A stretch of DNA of 64,000 nucleotides from a virus. The stretch is from positions 21,106-85,105 of IMG/VR virus record IMGVR_UViG_3300028197_001229, one strand, 5' to 3'. Of this stretch, positions 40,796 to 50,336 are shown piece by piece. Within the stretch, counting starts at the first letter, position 1, and every line of letters begins with the position of its first letter. A model generated the notes under the pieces. It was not told the DNA's origin and ran no database searches. It saw nothing but the letters and a program-made list of their open reading frames with translations. A program made the translations under genes and the position numbers.

Positions 40796-41358
40796 ATATA
40801 GAAAAACAAATAGGAAAAGACTTAGGGATATTCTACGGTGCTAAAGAGGCTGGTGTACATCCAGAGCATGCATACAAATCAATTGGTGCAACTGATGCCC
40901 ATGAGTTAAGTTTTAGAAAAAGAGCACATAAAACTGTAATGACTTCTATTCATAGGCTAATGACTAACGAAGGTCATGGTCACACCAAAGCAGCTCAGTT
41001 TGTAGCAGCAATATCTAACGTTGAGTGGGATCATGATCCTTTCGTGGAAAAAGCTAGTAATTTGATGTATGATACTATACACCAATCTACCAACGATTTT
41101 ATAAGATCATGTGGTTCAAATGTTTTATCAAAAACAGCAAGTGCACCACTTCTTGCTTCTGGCAGCCAAGGTTTGTTGTGGCTTCTCGGAACTTTTTCAG
41201 CTTTGGGCGGAGCAGGAGCAGGAGCACTAACTTGGAAAGCTAACCGTGACATAGATGAGGATCGCGCTGACAATGAAGCAATGAAACGAAAGCGTGATTA
41301 CTATAAAAAACTAACTGGAGATATTCAGTCAAAACTTAATAAAAACTACGATGTCTGA
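40792..41358 (+). CDS. K-x-A / glycine-zipper protein
   Basis: 'AKEAG', 'RKRAH', 'SKTAS' followed by TM 'ALGGAGAGAL'. Confidence 0.6.
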   Translation: MNIEKQIGKDLGIFYGAKEAGVHPEHAYKSIGATDAHELSFRKRAHKTVMTSIHRLMTNEGHGHTKAAQFVAAISNVEWDHDPFVEKASNLMYDTIHQSTNDFIRSCGSNVLSKTASAPLLASGSQGLLWLLGTFSALGGAGAGALTWKANRDIDEDRADNEAMKRKRDYYKKLTGDIQSKLNKNYDV

Positions 41359-41719
41359 GGTAAATTTAGAAGAAATTTTAGCAAAGTCTTTAGCTGAAAA
41401 CAACTTGATGTCTATGATGTCCACTAAAGAAGTTAACCTGGATGGTAAGTCTGTCTGGGACGAGCAAGCTTCTGTTGAAGGTCAGGCTAATAGGTCTGAT
41501 GCTTGGAAGATTGAAGATGTCACGACTCGTGTGTACGACATGTCTAACAGTAAAGATGCTAAAGCATATCAGCAACTACTTACAGACAGTTATAAAGAAG
41601 ATCCCCTTAGGGTAATTATAGAGCAAGAAAGAAAGTTTTGTTCTGAATTATCCAATTGGAAAATTTTTGTAATTAGTGCAAACTTATCTTATAAAAAATT
41701 AACTGGTGTTCCAAAATGA
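41351..41719 (+). CDS. Hypothetical protein in the head cluster
   Basis: 122 aa ORF in operon. Confidence 0.6.
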   Translation: MSEVNLEEILAKSLAENNLMSMMSTKEVNLDGKSVWDEQASVEGQANRSDAWKIEDVTTRVYDMSNSKDAKAYQQLLTDSYKEDPLRVIIEQERKFCSELSNWKIFVISANLSYKKLTGVPK

Positions 41720-43035
41720 ATAAAAAATCTAATTTAGATCTAGAATCTATCGCTAAGTGGGGATTGGGTGGTGCAGCTGGCGGAGCTGGTTTATCTGCAT
41801 TGTACCACTACATAAGGGATTACAAAAGATTACAAGAGGAAGAAACTGATAGTAGTTCAGACGATGATGTATTGTACATACAGGGTAAGAAACGAGAAGC
41901 TGGAGAGAAAGCTGCTAGTACACCTATAGACAATTCGGGTGTCGGTAAATTTTTAAAGCTAACAGCAGGAGCAGGTGGCCTTGTAGCAGGCTATAAAGGT
42001 GTTGCTAAGCTATATGACATTATTCGTGAAAAAAGCCTTCAAAAAGAATTAGATAATGCTCAATTCGCTTACGTTGACGCTCTTGAATCTAAACGCGAAA
42101 AAGAAAACAAGAAATATGCTTCTATAAATAAAGAGGCTATATTAAGTGACACCAAGGCAGGTATATATACATCCATGCTTTTGCTGGCTCTGGCTAGTGG
42201 TGTAGTATCTTACAAAACGCTTGATAAATCTTTCCCAGGACGTAAAGATTCAGATAAAGTTCGTGGTAAGAACAGACCTGTAGGTGGTAGGACTATTAAG
42301 AGTAGGAGATCAGAACATTTTCCAGAGGAAATAAAAGTTTTAGATGAACAAGGTCAAGTAACCGAAAGTATTGACACTACTTCTAACCCTGATGCTGACG
42401 CTATAGAGGGTATGATACGTACTACCAGTTCTGATCCAAAAATTAGTAAAGAGGCAGGATTTGACGATTTAATAGCGGCTGTAGCTGATGGTAGGACTAA
42501 TGAGATAAAAGAAAACTTACAGTATGGTATAAACCATACCTTTAATACTATAAAGGGTGCTTCTTATAAAAACCCATCTCCAGCAAAAGAATCATTTGCT
42601 ATAGGCTTGTTAGCTAGAGACCCAATGTTTAAAGAAGCTTTTCTTCCATTATTTGCATCTGAGTTTAGAGAGATGAGCCCGCATATATTTCACTCGGCTT
42701 CAGTTATGAATAAAGAAGCACAAGATGTTTTATGTAAGGTAGCTTCAAGTTATGCTCAAGCATTTAGATCCGAAAGAATATCTGCAGATAAAAAATTAGT
42801 ATCAATACTAAAGAACGCATCTACTCAAGAGAAACAAGCTGCAGCATTTCTCGGTGGCCCTTTAGCTCTAGAAGAAGTTCTTGATGAAGGTACTAGTTTC
42901 TTTTCACAAGGCGAGGACTCTGATGATGATGAAGAAGAATCTGAAGAAGAACCTGAAGAGGCTGTAGAGGAAGATGAACTAGATAGTTTCTTTGAATCAT
43001 CTATCACCGGAGACTACAAAAAAGAAAAGCAATAA
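41716..43035 (+). CDS. K-x-A-rich glycine-zipper putative virion protein with acidic tail
   Basis: About 10 K-x-A motifs (EKAAS, KKYAS, NKEAI, SKEAG, NKEAQ, CKVAS, LKNAS, EKQAA and others), three hydrophobic G/A-rich helices, D/E tail. Confidence 0.65.
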   Translation: MNKKSNLDLESIAKWGLGGAAGGAGLSALYHYIRDYKRLQEEETDSSSDDDVLYIQGKKREAGEKAASTPIDNSGVGKFLKLTAGAGGLVAGYKGVAKLYDIIREKSLQKELDNAQFAYVDALESKREKENKKYASINKEAILSDTKAGIYTSMLLLALASGVVSYKTLDKSFPGRKDSDKVRGKNRPVGGRTIKSRRSEHFPEEIKVLDEQGQVTESIDTTSNPDADAIEGMIRTTSSDPKISKEAGFDDLIAAVADGRTNEIKENLQYGINHTFNTIKGASYKNPSPAKESFAIGLLARDPMFKEAFLPLFASEFREMSPHIFHSASVMNKEAQDVLCKVASSYAQAFRSERISADKKLVSILKNASTQEKQAAAFLGGPLALEEVLDEGTSFFSQGEDSDDDEEESEEEPEEAVEEDELDSFFESSITGDYKKEKQ

Positions 43036-43045
43036 CACTTAAGTG

Positions 43046-43063
43046 TGTGTTATATATAATTGA
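43046..43063 (+). promoter_or_regulatory. Recurring intergenic motif (TGTGTTATATATAATTGA), putative phage promoter
   Basis: Consensus match at the start of the accessory block. Confidence 0.65.
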
Positions 43064-43121
43064 GAGTCGTACTTAATTATTTTGTAGACACTCACGTGTT
43101 TACCCTCTTTATATATATTCA

Positions 43122-43517
43122 ATGAGAGGTTTTAACAAATACAACGTGAGTCCAAAAAAGGACCGTACCGTTTACGGTATTGTTTTCGATTCAAAATGGG
43201 AGATGCAGGCATATCTTATACTTAAAGATAGCTTACCCTCAAATGCTCGTATGGAGTTAAGTCCTAAATATGAATTGCAACCAAAATTCCGGGACTTAAA
43301 TGGAAAGGCTGTTCGTGCAATACACTACATTGGCGACTTCCTGGTTACCCACAGGGGTAAAGTCTATCTCATAGACACAAAAGGTTTTGAAACAGATGTG
43401 TTTAAAATGAAAGAAAAAATGTTTAAGTTTAAAAACCAAGACATGGAAATAATTAAAATTAAATCTAAAAAGAGATTGAACGAATTAATCTCTATTATTA
43501 AATCTTATGAAAGTTAA
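43122..43517 (+). CDS. DUF1064-like PD-(D/E)xK nuclease
   Basis: 'GIVFDSKWE..Y..L', 'YIGDF', 'IDTKG'. Confidence 0.75.
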   Translation: MRGFNKYNVSPKKDRTVYGIVFDSKWEMQAYLILKDSLPSNARMELSPKYELQPKFRDLNGKAVRAIHYIGDFLVTHRGKVYLIDTKGFETDVFKMKEKMFKFKNQDMEIIKIKSKKRLNELISIIKSYES

Positions 43518-43722
43518 ATATAAATTAACTGTTGACGTAACTTTTGAGGTTTCTAACGAGGATCAATTTCCGATCCTCGAAAAGAATCTTGAATTGTTGC
43601 CGGAAATGGCTAAAGACCTTGGCCTACTTGTAGATGGTTTAGAAGAAGATTGTGAATTAGAAAGCATAAGTTCTTCGGTTAAAAAAGGCTCCAATAGGGG
43701 TCGTAAACGAAAAACTGCTTAA
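43507..43722 (+). CDS. Small hypothetical protein
   Basis: 71 aa ORF. Confidence 0.5.
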   Translation: MKVKYKLTVDVTFEVSNEDQFPILEKNLELLPEMAKDLGLLVDGLEEDCELESISSSVKKGSNRGRKRKTA

Positions 43723-43746
43723 TTAACAAATAACAACTTATTACAC

Positions 43747-43772
43747 AGAGCGTCCTATATGGGCGCTTTTTT
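43747..43772 (+). terminator. Rho-independent terminator
   Basis: agagcgtcc-tatat-gggcgcttt plus T tract. Confidence 0.7.
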
Positions 43773-43775
43773 ATT

Positions 43776-44498
43776 ATGAAAGACTTAGAAAAATTAAATA
43801 CTCTAGTTAGCGAGTATGTTACAGCTGGTCCTAGACGAGAACACTTACTTAGTTTTATCGAGACTATTGGTGAAAAACTTGAACAGGCTCCAGCTTCTAG
43901 TAAGGTATCATTTCATCATGCTTACGACGGTGGTTTGTTACTGCATATTGTAGAAACGTTTCACATTGCAAAAGATATGGTAACGCCTGTATCGGAATCG
44001 CTTAATGACACGTTTTCTATTGGAGAAGATGAGTACCATACTAGTGCATGTGTAGATGCTGAGAGTTTACTGATAGTTTCTATATTACATGATTGTCACA
44101 AAGCTTGTGATGCTTTGGGTAGCCCTCAGTATGAACCCAACATGTTAAAAAGTGGGTCACAATCTACAGCTATTCCATATAAGGTAAACAAAGAATGTTT
44201 TTCTTTTACGTTTCCTTATGACGGTCCAGATTCTCACGTGTCCTCTTTATCTTGGTTACTAGAAAACAATAAGATGAAAATAAGCAATGGTGGCGTAAAA
44301 TCTTTAGCATTAATTGCTGGCCTATCCCCGGTTTTGTTTAGTTTACTAACACCTTATGAGAAGGACGCCATTGAATTTCATGGTGGTGCTTACGAAACCA
44401 GCAAGTATGAGCTCTCTGGTACAGAGAATCCTCTTACAATAATATTCCACTGTGCGGACATGCTTTCGTCGCGTCACGGTAAAACAACAAAAAAATAA
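43776..44498 (+). CDS. HD-domain phosphohydrolase (YhaM-like)
   Basis: 'APAS...HHAYDGGLLLH', 'ILHD', 'HGG', 'HCADM'. Confidence 0.8.
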   Translation: MKDLEKLNTLVSEYVTAGPRREHLLSFIETIGEKLEQAPASSKVSFHHAYDGGLLLHIVETFHIAKDMVTPVSESLNDTFSIGEDEYHTSACVDAESLLIVSILHDCHKACDALGSPQYEPNMLKSGSQSTAIPYKVNKECFSFTFPYDGPDSHVSSLSWLLENNKMKISNGGVKSLALIAGLSPVLFSLLTPYEKDAIEFHGGAYETSKYELSGTENPLTIIFHCADMLSSRHGKTTKK

Positions 44499-44500
44499 TA

Positions 44501-45532
44501 ATGAGCCGATCAGACAGTTATACAAAATACAGTTGGTATAAACAAAAAATGGTAAAAGCAGTTACGGAACATGTAGCTGATGCACATATAGAATTAACCA
44601 CAGCCGGAACAAGACACGAAACATTTGTATTTGTGGACGCTCACGGTGGTTTGGGGTTATGGGTAGATTCTAACGGTAACCGATGCCTAGGTAGTCCTGT
44701 GTTGATACATCGTACCCTTGAGTCCAAGGGTGTACAATACCAGGGATTCGTGTTCGAAAAGCACGCTGGAAGGTTTGACTTAGTACGTGCTCACACGTCT
44801 TTCTCTCAGTGGCCTGTAAAGTGTTATAATTTGGACAATGCAAATGCTCCACAGATTGTAAGCGATTTCTTTGGGTGTAACTCATCAGCTTACGTACAGC
44901 AGCATGATCCTTATACAAATCAAAGTACTGCTCATGAGTTGGGTGGGTTGATTTACTATGACAACAAAGGTGTGGGTAGGGCTTCAGAAGTTGATGCCTT
45001 AACCAGAGATAACAGGATGGACGTACTATTACACTTCTCGGCGGGAAAACGTAATCGATACGCACATTGTAGGCATCCCGATAGTCATAGTTATGACCCA
45101 GATAGAGATATAGTGGGTAACATAGCTAGGTACAATCGTCCCTACTGGTATATATCTGACTGCGGCGCGGGTGATGGTAATAAGTGGAACTTCGTATTTT
45201 TATACGGATCTCACAGGGAATTAAATACAACAGTACAAGTGGATCCACTGCTAGGACGATTAGAGCCTATTGGTTCTCCATTAGGAATACAGCGACAGCA
45301 CAAAGTATTCTACAGTGAGGTAGACATGGCTTGTTACAGCTATGCAGAACAGTCTATGGATCCATCTTATAGAGAAACTATGATTAATAAACTTCCGTTC
45401 ACACCAGTGTTATCAGGAGTTGAAAGAGAATTGGTTTCTGAAGGAGAATATAGAACTAACGGAGATGACTCGCGAGCATTTATCGGAACTAACGATAATG
45501 ATGAAGATCGAGAAAATAATCCGTATATGTAA
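44501..45532 (+). CDS. TcmP-like (three-Cys-motif partner) SAM-binding-fold protein
   Basis: 'FVFVDAHGGLG...G...GSPV' and 'FVFEK' resemble TcmP motifs I/II. Confidence 0.55.
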   Translation: MSRSDSYTKYSWYKQKMVKAVTEHVADAHIELTTAGTRHETFVFVDAHGGLGLWVDSNGNRCLGSPVLIHRTLESKGVQYQGFVFEKHAGRFDLVRAHTSFSQWPVKCYNLDNANAPQIVSDFFGCNSSAYVQQHDPYTNQSTAHELGGLIYYDNKGVGRASEVDALTRDNRMDVLLHFSAGKRNRYAHCRHPDSHSYDPDRDIVGNIARYNRPYWYISDCGAGDGNKWNFVFLYGSHRELNTTVQVDPLLGRLEPIGSPLGIQRQHKVFYSEVDMACYSYAEQSMDPSYRETMINKLPFTPVLSGVERELVSEGEYRTNGDDSRAFIGTNDNDEDRENNPYM

Positions 45533-45558
45533 GTAAAACTAAAAAAATATAAAAAACT

Positions 45559-46533
45559 ATGAACGAAAATACGCAAGCCGAAGAGGCCGTTGAATTATCA
45601 CAAGATCACACTCAAACTCTTTACTGGTCTGGTAAACCCATACGGGTTACTAGGACCATGAGTGGTATACTAGCATTCTATGCACAAGACATTGTTGATG
45701 CGCTTGAAATATCTAGAGAAGACTATGGTAAAATTATGGAACTACGCCCGGAACTTGAATTTGCATTCCCAGAAAATGGGAGTCTTATCTTGGAACCTGG
45801 CATATACTTCTTAATGTTTACATCTGAAACTGAAGCAAGTAGGGAATTTGTTGTTTGGGTGACCAACAACGTACTCCCCGAGATTCGGAAGTTCGGGTCT
45901 TATGTAGAGAAGAAAGAAGATTCTCCAAGTGTTCTGTTAGAGCTTCGCAATGAAGCTGCTATGTCTAGAGAGTTACAAGAGTCACGCTATCAAGAAATGA
46001 GTGATCACCTTAGTGCAGTTACTCAGAAGTTGACTGACATGGCTACTATTATACATACATCGTCGTTTCCAATAGACGAGAATGTACAGTCTAGTAAAAT
46101 TAGGAAAAAACGTGTAGAGAAACCGTTTACAGATGAGCAGAATATTCTTTATAAGATACTGCACGAACAAGCAGCACAAACAATCGGCTCCCGGCGTAAT
46201 GCTGGTGCTAGTTTTGCTGCTAGTTTTTCAGCTCTGTTTTATGACCCTAACAAGCACCAAGACAAAAAAGTTGCAGGTGGTATACTAGGTAAATTAGGTA
46301 CTATACATAGGAACGGATTAGAGTCTGCTGGCGTTGAGGAATACCTAGACTGTTGTAGAAACGTTATAGGCATGTTTGGGCTAACCCCGGTAACCATTGA
46401 TATATGGGATGAGGGTTTGTCTATTGATTCTGATGACGATCGACTAGCTTTTATAGAGCTCCACAGTATAGGTAAGCCTGAGTTTAAATTTACACCGGTT
46501 GATGACATTGTACTCAAGGATATAAAAAAGTAA
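45559..46533 (+). CDS. BRO-N domain (antirepressor-like) protein
   Basis: 'IRV...FYAQDIVDALE', 'EPGIYFLMFTS...F..WVTNNVLPEIRKFGSY'. Confidence 0.8.
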   Translation: MNENTQAEEAVELSQDHTQTLYWSGKPIRVTRTMSGILAFYAQDIVDALEISREDYGKIMELRPELEFAFPENGSLILEPGIYFLMFTSETEASREFVVWVTNNVLPEIRKFGSYVEKKEDSPSVLLELRNEAAMSRELQESRYQEMSDHLSAVTQKLTDMATIIHTSSFPIDENVQSSKIRKKRVEKPFTDEQNILYKILHEQAAQTIGSRRNAGASFAASFSALFYDPNKHQDKKVAGGILGKLGTIHRNGLESAGVEEYLDCCRNVIGMFGLTPVTIDIWDEGLSIDSDDDRLAFIELHSIGKPEFKFTPVDDIVLKDIKK

Positions 46534-46943
46534 TGGATTTAGTAAAACGAAAGATATTACATTTTCTTAATAGTAGTCGTAATGCTGATAAAGTTTATAT
46601 TATCGAAGTTTTTCGATTTAAAGAAACTTGCGGCTATGTTGAGTCAGTAGTAGTAACTTGGGGACGTAGAACTAGTCAGCGACTTACCTCTCAAACAAGA
46701 CTACATAAAGTAAGTAGTCCGAGATCTGTCTTGAAAGAGTATAACGCTTTAATTAGAGAAAAGGAAAAGAAAGGTTATGCACAGGTCCCACTGTGTCGTG
46801 TACTGGATGGTAGTACAGAAATACCTGGGTACTACAGGCAACTTAGGAGTGATACTAACGACCAAGTCGCTTTTTCCACAGCAAACATTCCAGTTAGAGA
46901 AGCTATACACGTTGAACAAAATCTAACAAGAAACATAACATGA
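46533..46943 (+). CDS. WGR-domain protein
   Basis: 'ADKVYIIEV...VVVTWGRR...EYNALIREKEKKGY'. Confidence 0.75.
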   Translation: MDLVKRKILHFLNSSRNADKVYIIEVFRFKETCGYVESVVVTWGRRTSQRLTSQTRLHKVSSPRSVLKEYNALIREKEKKGYAQVPLCRVLDGSTEIPGYYRQLRSDTNDQVAFSTANIPVREAIHVEQNLTRNIT

Positions 46944-47248
46944 GCTATAAATATAGTATAAAAGACAACGAGTATTGTGGTATACTTGACAAAGACGGTT
47001 TGGTGTCTCTTGCTGTAAGGTCAGTTGCATCTGCAGCTGACTTGTACAAAGATGCTGAAAAACAAGGAGCATGTTACTTCGAAATAACTCTTAATGAGAA
47101 CGAAGCTGACATATTTACATCCTTACAAAAACAAAACGATGCACGGGGAGCGGCAAAAGCAGTAGTTCAGTTCGATCAAGGAACACTATCTGTGCCCGAG
47201 CATAAATCTGAAAACTGGGATGAGTTACTAAAAAAGTTAAATATATGA
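46940..47248 (+). CDS. Hypothetical protein
   Basis: 102 aa, ATGA overlap. Confidence 0.55.
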   Translation: MSYKYSIKDNEYCGILDKDGLVSLAVRSVASAADLYKDAEKQGACYFEITLNENEADIFTSLQKQNDARGAAKAVVQFDQGTLSVPEHKSENWDELLKKLNI

Positions 47249-47505
47249 CAAATCAAATACCAAAAAGCTTTACCAAGCAAACCATTGGCTCTGTAGAAAA
47301 ACAATTCGATTCAAAAGATACTGTTTTTATACAAGCAATTGAACGTTGTCGTGAAGGACAGGATATACTTCACAGGGGTGCAGTAGAGACCCATAAAACT
47401 ATTGAGAAACTACTAGACGAAGTAATAGACTTACGCAATGATGTTGATGATGTTAAGAAAACTAATCAACAAATACTTGCAGCTATTAAAGATCTAAATA
47501 AATAA
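47245..47505 (+). CDS. Small coiled-coil protein
   Basis: 86 aa, ATGA overlap. Confidence 0.55.
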   Translation: MTNQIPKSFTKQTIGSVEKQFDSKDTVFIQAIERCREGQDILHRGAVETHKTIEKLLDEVIDLRNDVDDVKKTNQQILAAIKDLNK

Positions 47506-47511
47506 AACCAA

Positions 47512-47588
47512 GCGGGAGTAGCTCAGCTGGATAGAGCAACGGCCTTCTAAGCCGTAGGTCCTGGGTTCGACTCCCAGCTCCCGTACCA
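47512..47588 (+). tRNA. tRNA-Arg (anticodon UCU)
   Basis: Cloverleaf GCGGGAG/CTCCCGT, D-arm GCTC/GAGC, anticodon loop CTTCTAA, TTCGACT T-loop, encoded CCA. Confidence 0.95.
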
Positions 47589-47595
47589 TACAATT

Positions 47596-47850
47596 ATGAC
47601 ACAAGAAAATACAGAAAAAGTATATGAGCTTCGGGGTAAAACCAAAGTTCAAGAGTTAAATATTCGTGATCAATTTATTATAAGCCAAGCTTTGTGCATT
47701 GCATCAAAAGCGATGGCTGATGAAAAATATCCCGAAGATAGTAATATTGCTGACATGGAAGAACTTATTACTAATAAGTTTCCATTGTATCGGTCTATTG
47801 AAGAAGCCTCTAAAATGATGAATACTGGATGTGGAACAACAGAATCTTAA
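47596..47850 (+). CDS. Hypothetical protein
   Basis: 84 aa ORF. Confidence 0.55.
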   Translation: MTQENTEKVYELRGKTKVQELNIRDQFIISQALCIASKAMADEKYPEDSNIADMEELITNKFPLYRSIEEASKMMNTGCGTTES

Positions 47851-48179
47851 AAGATACTGACGTAAACGGAACTACGTTATATAGCTTGTATGAAGTCTTT
47901 TATAATGAAGCTGGAGAAATTGCTGCACATAGTGAAGAGCCTGTAGGTATATCTCATTACGAAGACATAGATGGTCTTCTAGAGAGTTTACTTTTGATGG
48001 TTAGTGATGTGGAACAGCATATATCCGGTGAAAAAGATATACTGACTTTGAATAATATTGAATTTAAAAATTTTGAAGATGATGATGACAAAAATAATGG
48101 AAAAGAAAAAAGTGAAAACTGTGATGAAGAAAAACGAGACACTCCCACAGATAAAGGTTGTGGATGTAAAAAATGCTAA
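47829..48179 (+). CDS. Hypothetical phage protein
   Basis: 'MWNNRI...YSLYEVFYNEAG'. Confidence 0.6.
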   Translation: MWNNRILKDTDVNGTTLYSLYEVFYNEAGEIAAHSEEPVGISHYEDIDGLLESLLLMVSDVEQHISGEKDILTLNNIEFKNFEDDDDKNNGKEKSENCDEEKRDTPTDKGCGCKKC

Positions 48180-48324
48180 CGATTTAGTTCACCTGGACTT
48201 AGACTGTGAAGACGAAGCTTTCGAGCGAATGGTTGAACTTGGACAAGATAACGCTACAGAAGATGATTACTTCAAGATAGGTATGGATCATTTCTTCAAA
48301 GAGCTTGCTAATGAAAACCCCTGA
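48097..48324 (+). CDS. Hypothetical protein
   Basis: ATG 48097 chosen; start uncertain. Confidence 0.45.
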   Translation: MEKKKVKTVMKKNETLPQIKVVDVKNANDLVHLDLDCEDEAFERMVELGQDNATEDDYFKIGMDHFFKELANENP

Positions 48325-48571
48325 AACAAAAGACAAAGATCATCAAGCAAAGATGTATAATGATCTTTTGGGACGTTTGGAATCTTTTCAGGAATTACTA
48401 GCTGAAAAAGGTCCAGAACTGATAGACTTAGTAATATCTGAAATGAGAGAGATGGTCATACTGGGCGACTACAGTCGCGTAGGACTTGACGTAGACGAAG
48501 ATTACACAGTTGTTGATGTGGAAGATTTGCTAGATTCTGGTGTATGGACTCGGGTGCCAAAGAAAGAATAA
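48311..48571 (+). CDS. Hypothetical protein
   Basis: 86 aa ORF from ATG 48311. Confidence 0.5.
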   Translation: MKTPETKDKDHQAKMYNDLLGRLESFQELLAEKGPELIDLVISEMREMVILGDYSRVGLDVDEDYTVVDVEDLLDSGVWTRVPKKE

Positions 48572-48580
48572 TAACACGGA

Positions 48581-48656
<76 letters not shown>

Positions 48657-48807
48657 ACTTAATTAACAATCTTTTTAATAAAGATTTTTTCTTTTTGACA
48701 ATACGAGGACTAGGGAATCTACCCCAGTTCCCCATGCCATCGTAATCCATCGTGTCATGTTTATTGGTCATATAAATATAACGAATTATAACAACTACAG
48801 GTTCACT

Positions 48808-49041
48808 ATGAAAATATTAAAAGTAACAAGTGTTAGATACTTTGAGACTAATAGAGGGTTGGGGTATCAAGCAAAAACTAATGTACCAACTGTTGAGATA
48901 TTGAATGATGGCCACGGTGGCTGTACGTATCTCGAAGGTTCGGCAACTAATATAGCTCCTTACAAACAACTAGACTGGGATAATGAAGACCAACTGGAAG
49001 AGTTGATTAATCATTACGAAGGGATTAATTATGAAATCTAA
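48808..49041 (+). CDS. Hypothetical phage protein
   Basis: 'MKILKVTSVRYFETNRGLGY...NDGHGG'. Confidence 0.55.
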   Translation: MKILKVTSVRYFETNRGLGYQAKTNVPTVEILNDGHGGCTYLEGSATNIAPYKQLDWDNEDQLEELINHYEGINYEI

Positions 49042-49222
49042 AATAAAAAGCAACGATGTAGGCTACCAGTACATTAAGCTAGACGATACCGCAAAAACAG
49101 CTTTACGGTTACTCATACGCTGTGCTGAAGAAAAATTTGAACAGGCTAGAGTCGTACAGAAAGAAGATATAGCATGTCTCACTGCAGCCCAATACATAAA
49201 GGAACATATAAAAGATGAGTAA
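49031..49222 (+). CDS. Small hypothetical protein
   Basis: 63 aa in an overlapping gene train. Confidence 0.5.
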   Translation: MKSKIKSNDVGYQYIKLDDTAKTALRLLIRCAEEKFEQARVVQKEDIACLTAAQYIKEHIKDE

Positions 49223-49550
49223 ATTTAAACCTTACCAGGACATACTCCCGGTAGATGATGAGAGTCCTACTATTGAACTACCTAGTGGTAAAAGAATTTA
49301 TTACATAGAATATGTTAAAAATTATTACGTTACTGGTAATCTACGTGTTATTGCAGAATCTGACGAAGAAGCAGCTAGATATGCTCAAGATGAGTTACTT
49401 GTAGATTCAAATGGGCATATAACACATGATCGGGCTGATCTATGTGAAGACGATGATGAGCCATACATAGATACATGTAGAGAAGAAGATCCTACAAGAT
49501 TTAGTAAATCAGATTTCGAACACATGCATTACATGCTAACCGACCATTGA
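49215..49550 (+). CDS. Hypothetical acidic protein
   Basis: 111 aa, 'VIAESDEEA'. Confidence 0.55.
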   Translation: MSKFKPYQDILPVDDESPTIELPSGKRIYYIEYVKNYYVTGNLRVIAESDEEAARYAQDELLVDSNGHITHDRADLCEDDDEPYIDTCREEDPTRFSKSDFEHMHYMLTDH

Positions 49551-49551
49551 G

Positions 49552-49779
49552 ATGTCTGTATTTAGATATAAAAATATTGTGTTAGTATTACCCCACATTT
49601 CGGCTATAGAAAGTCATACAATGACTCAGTCTGGTTGTAGGAAGCCTTACAGGATTCTTATATACTCTGGGGCTAAAGTAATCTCCGCTTTTACTTTTGA
49701 AAATGAAGGTGAACGAGATGAAGACTTTACTTTTCTGACAAATCGACTTACAAAATACTACTGTAATGGCACAGTATAA
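49552..49779 (+). CDS. Small hypothetical protein
   Basis: 75 aa. Confidence 0.5.
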   Translation: MSVFRYKNIVLVLPHISAIESHTMTQSGCRKPYRILIYSGAKVISAFTFENEGERDEDFTFLTNRLTKYYCNGTV

Positions 49780-49990
49780 TTATTTAGCACTGTTATTATT
49801 GTTAACAGGCTGTCACACCAAACCACAAAACTTAGAACAAGTTAGTAGACCTCCACCATTCTGGCCACCCCACGAGCATATTGGTCCTGGTATAAATGTT
49901 AGATTTGGTGAAGATCCATTTAATGTAAACGGAACTCGTTTACGCTTTTTAAATGAAAACAACAAAAACATAACCGTAGACAATGAATAA
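49766..49990 (+). CDS. Small putative lipoprotein
   Basis: Lipobox-like 'LLLLLTGC'. Confidence 0.5.
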   Translation: MAQYNYLALLLLLTGCHTKPQNLEQVSRPPPFWPPHEHIGPGINVRFGEDPFNVNGTRLRFLNENNKNITVDNE

Positions 49991-50336
49991 GTATTACTTA
50001 CTGAATATTCTTAACGTATTGAATTTTAAATGGAACTGTTGGATTGGTTGGATCCATGATGTATCTGCTAGATGGGGTGTAGGACACACTACTGTTTGGT
50101 TTTACGATACGTTTACATGGTATTTACCTACCAGCTATAAACTTATAGGAGACAAGCCTTACAACGAATATTTGCTACAGTGTGAGTTGGACACAGCGAA
50201 TCATCAAATACGGTATTACTCAAACTTAGCATTTGAATATCAATTAGCTTACTTAGAAACCTTAATTTCAGATGAAAACTCTGAACTAATATACGAAAAT
50301 AAAACAACAATAAAAAATGAACACAAAATCAAATGA
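49983..50336 (+). CDS. Hypothetical protein
   Basis: 117 aa. Confidence 0.5.
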   Translation: MNKYYLLNILNVLNFKWNCWIGWIHDVSARWGVGHTTVWFYDTFTWYLPTSYKLIGDKPYNEYLLQCELDTANHQIRYYSNLAFEYQLAYLETLISDENSELIYENKTTIKNEHKIK

